Origin: Candidatus Saccharimonadota bacterium
Lineage (GTDB): Bacteria; Patescibacteriota; Gracilibacteria; BD1-5; UBA6164
Direction of reading: 5' to 3'
NCBI GenBank assembly: GCA_963677765.1
Contig: OY782392.1
Coordinates: 30,001-62,000, forward strand
DNA length: 32,000 bases
The notes under the pieces were generated by a model, which worked only from the letters and a program-made list of their open reading frames with translations, was not told the origin of the DNA and did no database searches. The position numbers were made by a program, and so were the translations under genes. This document shows, piece after piece, positions 23,270 to 32,000 of the stretch; position 1 is the stretch's first letter; each line of letters starts with the position of its first letter.

Positions 23270-26200
23270 ATGAAAAAAATATTATCATTTTTATTATTAA
23301 TATTTTTCACATTTAATATATTAAATATAAATATATCAAATGTGAGTGCTGATGAATGGAATAAAGAAATGGCTGAACACTTAGCTAATAAAACATTATA
23401 TTATGTAGATCAAGAAATAATAAACCAATTATACAATGCATGAAGTAAAGAAAATGCAATTGATATATTATTTCCTTCAAAACAATGACAAAATAGAGAT
23501 GATTATAATAATCAGTTAAATAATATATTAAATGATGAGGATTTCAGTATAACAAACTGAAATGATATGAAAAAATATTATATTGCAAAAAGATACCTAG
23601 ATCCTTATCAAGCTAAATCAAAATTTTTTAATATAATTGAAGATACTTTTTCTGTAAGCACTTCATCATCAAAAGATATAACATATATAGACATAGAAAA
23701 TACTCATGACATGTTATATGATTTGAGTTTTTCTTCATATAAAGATATTATAAAAAGAAATCTATATAATAATGGGGATCAATGAGATTATTCATTGTCT
23801 AAATTTTTAGACCTATTAAATCAATCAAATCCAAAATACCCAAATGAAAATTACTGAAGAGAATTATTACAATTATTCTTAATGCTGGAATATATACCTA
23901 CTGAATCAGAAGATAATTGAGACAAAAGAAATTATAGTGAAGAAGATGTGAATGCAATATCAAAAATATTATTTTGATTTAAGAGTGACGAAAATACTCA
24001 TGAAATTATATATGATAATAATGCTAATACTAACACTACAGTAACTTTTTTAGATTGAGATTTAAAACAATGAGATAGTTTCCCATTTTATAATGAATCG
24101 ACTTGAGAAATAGATATTCAAGAATTGAAAAATCCTATAAACTGAAATAATTGATTAGCTGATAATATAGTTGATTATATTTTTTCAAAAAGAGAATATG
24201 AAATAAGTATGTTTCTAGCTGATAAAATATACAGATTTTATATAGCTGAAAATCCAGAAAAACAAGAACTAGAGCAATTATCAAATATAATAATAAATAA
24301 TAACTTTGATTTATATTACTCTTTAAAAGAAATATTAAAATTAGATTTATTATATAGTGAAAAGTCTTTAAATAGTATAATATATAAAAATCCTTTAGAT
24401 TTAACTATATCAACTAACAAATTATTTTGAATAAATGCTGAAAATATAAGAATATATAACTTAATTAATTTATGATGGGAACCATATTGAATAAGTAGTA
24501 TATTTGGTAGAGATTGATTTGATAAAAATGAAGCATTTTTTACAGCATATACTCAAACTCAATGGGTATCTGAATCGAGTTATATAGTAAACGATATGGA
24601 TTTAGATTCATTTTTATGAGAAAATACTATAAGCTCTACTTGAGCTATTGTAGAATATACAGCTAATAATTTAATTGATACTCTTGAAAATAAAATATAT
24701 AATTGATCTAAATTAAAAAATTATACAAAAGAAAAATTATTAAACTTTTTATCAAAAGACAAAGACTGAAATGATATAGAGTTTCAATTTAACGATAATA
24801 ACTATAGGAATTATTATATAAAATGATTAATTCATTTAATGTTAATACAACCCGAATATTTATTAGCTAGTTGATATAATTTAGAAGAACAAAACAAAAA
24901 TAATGAAAATAATAATTTTATAAATAATGATTCTAAACTAGTGATAATTAAAGCCAATTGAGGATTTGATTATCTAAGTTGAGTTATTCCAAAAGACGAA
25001 TACTCTACATATTTAGAATACAGATGATCATGAGCATTAGTTTGAAATGAAATAATTAGTTTAAACGAAGATTATTATATAAATTCGGCATTAGCACCTT
25101 TTAAAGAACTATTTGATTCATGAGATCTAAAAATAATAAATAGAGTATGAACTCCAGAACATTCTAGATGACATGATACTGCATCTCAAAAAATCACTTC
25201 ATTAAACAATACATATGATATTGAAGACTATTGAATAGTATGAAACTTTATAAAAAATGAAGACTATTCTAAAACAATAGTATTATGATGATATAAACCT
25301 TTGATATTTAGATGATGAAACTATCTAAATATCTGAAGTAATGCATATTTTTACATAAGAGATAATACCAATAATGATTTCAGAGATTATAAAAAACAAT
25401 ATATAAGTGATTTATTAAACTCTAGAGAATACCCTTCTAGTTCATGAGATGTTTTCAAAAATGCAGTTACAATTAATAATGTAGCAATTGATTCGTACAA
25501 TAATTGATGAAGAGCTGGTTCATGATACAATATGGAAGATAATTTTACATTTTTAGAATCTATATTTGATTCAAATATATCTAATATAGCTAGAATGTGA
25601 GCTGACTGAGGTTATGATACTCATTGAAATCAAAAAAACACAATTGAGAATAACTTAACAAGAGTAGCTCAAAGAACATATGATTATTATAATAGAGTAA
25701 AAGATAAACAAGATGTTACAATAGTTATTTTTTCTGAATTTTGAAGAACTAATAAAATAAATTCATCTAATTGAACTGATCACTGACAATGAGGTTGAAT
25801 GTTTATAATATCAAATAATAAAAATGTTAAAAATGAATTAAAAGAAAAAATTTATTGAAATTTATCTTTTATAAACTCGAAAGACAACTGGTTATGAGTA
25901 TGAATAGACTATAGAGCTGTTTATTCAAGCCTGATGAATTTATTATACAATCAAGATATATCATCTGATTTAAAATGAGTATTTAAAATACAAGATTACA
26001 TAGACAATGCATGACCAAAAGTAGAATTATTAAGAAGAGAATTTGAAAATATAAATAATTCGAGCTCAAGAATTAACTTTGTTTTTGATATAAATGATAC
26101 TAACTTCAAAACAAAAGAAGCATCATATTTAAAAATAAATTATTGAACTGATCCTGATAATATGTATGAGGAATCTCAGTGGAGAATAAGTAGATATATG

Positions 26201-27832
26201 GGAATTAGTGATGATAAAATAAATGTTTATCTTAATAATATAAATTCAAAATTAAAATATTATTACAAAATAACACTTTATGATAATCAATATAATGAAA
26301 CTATATTAGAATGAAGTTTTATATCTCCAGAAGTAATAAGAGATTCTAGTGAATTATCTATTCAGTCTGATACAAGATTAACTAAATATAATAATACTAG
26401 TATTAATTGAAGCTTAGTACTTGAAGATCCTATTTTATTATGAAGTAATGATTCTATATCAAATATAGAATGAGAAAATGATATAAAAATGTTAACTTCA
26501 ACTTGAACATATATTAATTCCCTAACTAGTTCTAGTACTGGAGTAGTATGGAATTGAGGTTTTGTTTTACCAAAAGAAATAAATAAAGTTTATTTCCTTA
26601 AGGATTGAACAAAGATATGAAACAATGATATTTCTAATATAAATATAGAAAAATTAATTAAGGTATGAGCTGATAAGCTTTGAGTTTGAATGAGTTTAAA
26701 TAAAGATGTGGAAATACAAGTTCCTATAAATCAAAATAAAAACTATGTTGTATATTCTAGTGAAAACTGAATAAATTGGCAAAAACATAATTCAAATAAT
26801 GTAGTAAAAAATAACTGATTATTAAGTATAAAAACTAATCATTTTAGTTACTATGCATTAATTGAGGCTGATTCAAATTGAAATATAATAGATAACTCTA
26901 TCTTAGAAGAAAACTCAGATGAAGTAGAAAATACAAGTAAAAAATTTAGTTCATGATGAAGATCAGTAATCCTAAGAAAAGATAGTTGTGAATTCTGAGA
27001 TTTCTCTCCATCGTATTATGATAGAGATTGTTGAATAGATCCAGAAAAAGAATTAGCAACTATGAGTTATACTGATAGTATGCAATACCAAACAATAGAT
27101 AAAAAAGAAGAATCAAGAATTCAAATAGAAAAAGAAAACCTTGATAAAGATTTATCAAAAGATATTGAAGAAGAATTAATAAATGAAGAAAAAAATAACT
27201 CTGAAACTATTAAAATATGAGATAAATATTTTGAATATGAAGATAAATGAGATTATATATTATTAAAGCTAGATAATGAAAAATATTATAATATTTATTT
27301 AAAAATTATTGATTTCATAATTAAGAAAAAATTTGATAACAATACTACAAATTCTTTAATAGAAAAATTAAATAATTTGATGTGAAATATAATCATATAT
27401 AAAACAAAAAATATAGATTTGGAAACAAAAAATAAATCTAAAATAGCTATAATAGAAAATGCTGATGCATTTAATAAAATATATAAAAAAGCTGTTCTTG
27501 ATAAAAAAATTAGGAATATTTATTATAAAAAAGAAATAAAAACAGAAGAAAGTAATAATGTAGTAGAAACAAAAGAAAATATAAATGATATGGTAGATAA
27601 TAATGATAAAATTAATCTAAGTTATTATCAATACTATGTAGAAAGTGATAGTGTTTTATTAATGAAAGATGCATATTGGAAAGAAAGTATATGATTTTTA
27701 GAAAAATGAGATATTGTTGAACAAACAACTCAATTACATGAGAAATGATTTTTTCAAATAAAAGTAATAAAATCTAAAAACTTAGAAAACTGAACTATAT
27801 GATATATTTTCAAAAAGCACTTAACTAAATAA
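23270..27832 (+). CDS. Giant secreted protein: DUF1800-like plus DUF1501-like (sulfatase-fold) fusion with a ~650-aa C-terminal extension
   Basis: 1520 codons with no TAA/TAG. Three ORF-track fragments (23567, 24209, 27419) are all in this frame. The signal peptide is MKKILSFLLLIFFTFNILNINISNVSA. The DUF1800-like region is SMFLADKIYRFYIAENPEK...LYYSLKEILK. The DUF1501 hallmarks are LVIIKANGGFDYLSGVIP and VTIVIFSEFGRTNKINSSNGTDHGQGGGMFII. Confidence 0.8.
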
Positions 27833-27834
27833 AT

Positions 27835-27862
27835 AAAAAACTCTTGTTATCAAGAGTTTTTT
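27835..27862 (+). terminator. Intrinsic terminator
   Basis: 12-bp stem aaaaaactcttg/caagagtttttt with loop ttat. Confidence 0.75.
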
Positions 27863-27903
27863 ATTTATTATAATTTTAAGATATATTTTTATTTACATAT
27901 TTT

Positions 27904-29379
27904 ATGAAAAAAATAATTATAAGTGTATTAGTATTTTTTGCTTTTATTAATATTACTTTTGCTCATCCATTAGACATATCTGTATCAACATGAAATATAA
28001 AATGAAACAATATTGATATAACAACTTATTTTCATTCATTTGAAATAGAATACCTTCTAAAAAATAATTGAATTAATCCTGATTGAGTTGATTATTATTA
28101 TGAAAATGAAAATATAATAAAAGAATATGTAAAAAATAATTCTAGCTTCAAAAATAATAATAAAATATGTAAAATAGAGAATATAGAATTACAAAATGAT
28201 GAAGCATATAAAATATTAACAAATTGATTATGAGTAAGTTATAGATTTGAATGCGAAGAAAATATAAAAGATTTTGACTTAGAACTTAGATATTTTATAG
28301 AGTTTCCCCTACAAACAAATAGAATTACTCTATATAATCTAGAAAATTGAATAAAAAATTTAAAACCAATAATTTATAAAGTTTTAACATATAAAATATA
28401 TAATTTAAAACTAGATTTAGATAATTTAAATATAGTAAGAATTGATAGTGATTTAGATTGATTATCTGATGAAGAAGAAAAAGTATATTATACTGATATA
28501 AATAACATTGATACTGATGGCGATAATTATACAGATAAAGAAGAAATAGATTATTGATGGAATCCTTTAAATAAAGAGCTTTGACCAGGACAAGAATACA
28601 GAGAAAAACTTGATATAGAACTAAGTAATCAAAACATCAACAAATTAATAGAAATTAATTCAAAATTACAAAATCAAAATTTATCAGATTACTGATATGG
28701 AAATAATTATTTAGAAAAAGTAATGAAGTACATAAATAACTTTTTCGAAAAATGAGAATGAAATTTATTAATAATTTTTATAATTGTTTTTTGATTATGA
28801 GTTATACATGCTATATGACCATGACATTCTAAATGAATATTAATCGCATATACTCTTGAAGAATGAAATTGATATAAGAAATGATTATTCTATGCTTTTA
28901 TATTTACAATAACTCACATATTAGATATTTTAATATTATTTGCTATAACAAAAGTTATAATAAGTTTTATAGATACATCTAAATATATATTTCTTGTACA
29001 ACTAATAAGTTGAATAATACTTTTTTTAATAAGTATTTATTTATTATATACATCTACTAAAAAAATAAAATGCAAAAAAACAAATCCTAGTTTATATACA
29101 GCTTTTTTAGTTTGATTAGCACCATGTAGTTTTGCTTGGAGTATATATTTACTATTATTAGCTCTATGAAAATCAGAATGGGTTACTCCTTTGATTTTTG
29201 CTCTTTGATTATGAATACTAACAACTCTATCATGAATAGTAATAATAAGTGTTTTTATAAAAAATAAAATATATTCAAAAGTAGAATTATTAGCTAAATA
29301 TTCTAAAATATTGTCAGCAAGTATAATTTTTATAATAAGTATTATTATATTAATAAATTTAAGTAAAAATCTATTCTAG
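27904..29379 (+). CDS. NicO/RcnA-family (nickel/cobalt) transporter fused to an N-terminal extracytoplasmic domain with thrombospondin-type-3-like Ca-binding repeats
   Basis: Signal peptide MKKIIISVLVFFAFINITFA is followed by the repeats DSDLDGLSDEEE and DTDGDNYTDKEE. The TM core carries GVIHAIGPGHSKG, the HAxxPGH(S/G)K motif of the NicO family, and several further TM segments. The gene ends at TAG 29377-29379. Confidence 0.7.
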
Positions 29380-29384
29380 TTTGC

Positions 29385-29424
29385 ATTTCAATGTATTTTT
29401 AATAAAATAATCATACATTGAAAT
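29385..29424. repeat. 12-bp inverted repeat (16-nt loop) between the transporter stop and the tRNA 5' end
   Basis: atttcaatgtat ... atacattgaaat. The 3' arm ends 3 nt before tRNA position 1. Confidence 0.6.
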
Positions 29425-29427
29425 TAT

Positions 29428-29504
29428 AAGGACCTAGCTTAATTAGAAGAGTGCTCGGATTCCGACCCCGAGAGGCGTAGGTGCAATTCCTACGGTCCTT
29501 GCCA
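29428..29504 (+). tRNA. tRNA with anticodon CCG (nominally tRNA-Arg; identity ambiguous), genomically encoded CCA, non-canonical anticodon arm
   Basis: Manual cloverleaf: AAGGACC/GGTCCTT acceptor, TA, GCTT-AATTAGAA-GAGT D arm, G, CTCGG-ATTCCGACC-CCGAG anticodon arm, AGGC variable region, GTAGG-TGCAATT-CCTAC T arm, discriminator G, CCA. It is the only GC-rich island in the window. Confidence 0.8.
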
Positions 29505-29522
29505 AACAAAAAAACAAAAAAC

Positions 29523-29555
29523 AAAAAATCTTAAACATACTGTTTAAGATTTTTT
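29523..29555. terminator. Bidirectional intrinsic terminator (tRNA and the convergent minus-strand gene)
   Basis: 15-bp stem aaaaaatcttaaaca/tgtttaagatttttt with loop tac, preceded by an (AAACAAAA)-like A-rich tract. Confidence 0.75.
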
Positions 29556-29556
29556 A

Positions 29557-30363
29557 TTATTTAAGTAACTCTTTTACTTTAGCTGTTTTCATTAAATTAG
29601 CTAAATATTCAGAATCTTGTATAACTTCTCTATAATCAGGAGCTAGGCTAAGTAAATTATTAATCGCAGCTATAGCATTTTCTTTGTCATCAAGACAATT
29701 AAAAGCACAAGCTCTATTGTAAAGTGCATGTGGTTGATGTTTGGCTCTATCTCAAGAAACAATAGAGTCTGTTATTTCGATAACCTTATCATAAAGTCAC
29801 ATAGATAAATAAACATTTGACTTTTCAATAGTTACAAATTGAGATTCAGGTTTTAAATAATAAATTCTATCTAAAATATTTATCTTTTCTTTATCACTAT
29901 CAGAAGTATTGTATTGTCTCCATAAAATATTTATTTTTTGTTCTTTTTCTAGTTCTTCAATCTTTTTTTGGAATTGAGATATAATTTTTTTTGTTTCTCT
30001 ATCCATAGAAGCTTTAGTAGCATTTTTTATATCCCCAATTGTTTTCCATCAAACTATTCAAAATCATGCTATAACAACAGTAAGTAGAACAAAGAAAAAA
30101 TTAACAGTGTTAGCTGAGTATGATAAAGCTTTATCAATTGCTGAAATTTCTCTAGATTGAATATCTTGATATATTTCTCTTTTTAATGTCTCTTGATCAA
30201 TTCTTAATTCTTTTAATTCAGTTAATATAAACCTTTGAGTCCAATCTATTTCTTCTGGAACTAAAACTTCAGTATCAGAAGAATCAAATCCATTTATATC
30301 AGCTGAAAAACAAAAAGAAAAAGAAAGAAAAAAAGCAATCAAAACAAAAAGTATTTTTTTCAT
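29557..30363 (-). CDS. Membrane-anchored hypothetical protein (signal peptide, one TM, coiled-coil, TPR-like C-terminus)
   Basis: This joins two ORF-track fragments (30064-30363 and 29797-30006, same frame) through TGA codons. MKKILFVLIAFFLSFSFCFSA...NFFFVLLTVVIAGFGIVGW...ALYNRACAFNCLDDKENAIAAINNLLSLAPDY is TPR-like. Confidence 0.6.
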
Positions 30364-30376
30364 ATATTTTTAAAAT

Positions 30377-30961
30377 TTATTTAATATTAGTTTTATTATT
30401 AGAATGTCATGTATAATAATCAACTATAGGGTTGCAAAAATTATAAAATCAATCTAATAATTTATAGTTAGGTTCATTTGTATTTTCTAAATAATTTTTT
30501 TTGAATTCATCTGGTTTCTTATCAAGAATTCACATTATTAAATCATGATATTTTTTTGGAATTATATAACTATCATCAGACTCATAACAAACATCTTCAT
30601 TTTTTAATTTAATATAAGCTGTAAAATAACTATATCAATCTTGTTTTTGTTTTATATTATCTGTAACATCTATCATTTCATAAGCAAGTTCCCTTTTTGA
30701 AATCATTTCAAACTCTTCATCACTTACTACTAATCAGTAACCATTAACAAAACAGTTATTACATTTTTTTATATCTAGAAAAACACCATTATAACATGTT
30801 TTTTTATCCTCAAAAGTTATTTCAATCGTAGGAGTCCAAACTCTTTTATATCATTGTAATTCTAAATATATCATATCTTCTTCTGATATTTCTCTATTTA
30901 AAGTAGAGTTCCAACCAGATGCAGATAATAAAGATCAGTATCAAAATATTACTTTTTTCAT
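30377..30961 (-). CDS. Gamma-glutamylcyclotransferase-like (AIG2/ChaC-like) protein
   Basis: 194 aa. The N-terminal MKKVIFGYGSLLS matches the (V/I)FxYGSL motif of GGCT-fold enzymes. The rest is not diagnostic. Confidence 0.5.
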
Positions 30962-31165
30962 TATAAATTATTACTCAAAAAAATAAAACATAAAAACACT
31001 TATTAGTTTTTGATTTGAAACCATAAAACTATAAGTGTGTTGCTCAAAAATACAAGAACAATATATCTATTAAGAATAAAAAAACAAAAGTTTTTATAAA
31101 ATTTAAATTTTGTTTTTTTTATAATATATTTAAAATATAAATATTAAGATGTTATCTATCTAAAT

Positions 31166-32000
31166 ATGGAAGAAATAAAATTTAGAGATAAATTAGAAAG
31201 ACAAAGATTTGATAATTTATACAATGAGAAATGACATCTTTTGACAAAAGACTTAGAACTATTAATAAAAAATGTTATAGTTATTTTTAAGAGGCATTCA
31301 AATGATGAGTCATACTTAACATTAGCACTAATATATTGAATGCTATACTTTTGAATTATAGATAAAAACCATAATATTATAAAAAAATCAGATTCAGAAA
31401 AAATAAAACTTATTAAATTAAGTTTTAAATATGAAATGGAATGAGATTATAAAAAATTTTTGGATGTAGTATTAGAAATGGAAAAAGATTTATTTCTTTT
31501 CAAAACTGTTATTAAATATTCTATTTTGTCTTTTGAAAAGAAATTTATAAAAATAGCTTCAAATCAAGAAAATTATTATAAATCAATATGATATGTATTA
31601 CCATACCTTACATATATTGAATCACCTTTCCTTGGTTTTTTCCAAGATATATATTTTAAGAAGGTTTATCCTAAAAAATATGAAAAAATAAGAAAATTCT
31701 ATAGAGAAAGAGTTGATAGAATAGAATTTCCTTGAGAGCATATGTTTACAATGGTAAATAATCTTACAAATATAATGATGCAATCAGAATCATTTTGAAA
31801 TATTAAAGTAAGAAGAAAAACATATTTTAGTATATATAATAAACGTATAAGAAAAAAAGGTAATACAAGTATGGATAATATAGGTATAAGAGTAATTTTT
31901 CCTGATAAAGAAAATTTAGAAAAATTTGTTAAATTATTTGAAGAAAAATATGTTTTTATAGAAAAAAAAGACTATATAGAAAAACCTAAAGAAAACTGAT
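31166..32000 (+). CDS. RelA/SpoT-domain protein ((p)ppGpp synthetase-like); 3' end beyond the window
   Basis: The frame is open from ATG 31166 to the window end. KVRRKTYFSIYNKRIRKKGNTSMDNIGIRVIF matches the RxKxxxSIxxK...D(x)xGxRxI synthetase motif. The preceding ~210 aa have no clear HD hydrolase motif. Confidence 0.55.

Noticed and set aside
29505-29526. (AAACAAAA)-like tract right after the tRNA CCA end as a possible integration (att) scar
   Set aside because: There is no integrase, no direct repeat of the tRNA 3' end and no foreign-looking gene block downstream. It is more simply the A-rich arm of the bidirectional terminator at 29523-29555.

Overview
This is a very AT-rich, gene-dense bacterial chromosome segment that only makes sense if TGA is read as glycine. 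That is NCBI translation table 25, the code established for Absconditabacteria/SR1 and Gracilibacteria in the Candidate Phyla Radiation. Under the standard code the supplied ORF track is almost entirely fragments and antisense shadows, and only ndk is intact. Reading TGA as Gly gives 27 closely packed coding genes, all ending in TAA or TAG and none in TGA, plus one tRNA. One of the 27, thyA, carries an internal stop and is listed as a pseudogene. The genes are peptidase U32, an L,D-transpeptidase-like protein, ndk, an exonuclease-less PolA, an S41 protease, a transglutaminase-like protein and a UvrD/AddA-type helicase-nuclease. They continue with a CoA-binding protein, folA-thyA, ftsH, dedA, murD, pilT with a divergent type IV pilin, ruvC and an SLT-like protein. 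The last are a 1520-aa secreted DUF1800-DUF1501 fusion, a NicO-type metal transporter, a GGCT-like protein, a RelA/SpoT-like protein and several hypotheticals. I saw no transposase, integrase, CRISPR array or rRNA. The main observations are: (1) the UGA-to-Gly recoding itself. (2) The only tRNA has anticodon CCG, a non-canonical anticodon arm and T/D loops, and Trp-like acceptor determinants, while CGG is used once and CGA never. (3) thyA is interrupted by a single in-frame TAA exactly where a conserved glycine (a TGA codon) is expected. (4) A dif-like Xer site and a 38-bp perfect palindrome sit in the one long non-coding region. (5) Domain architectures are unusual: PolA without exonuclease domains, the giant DUF1800-DUF1501 fusion, and NicO fused to Ca-binding-type repeats. 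All coordinates and translations were worked out by hand from the sequence. No database search was run.
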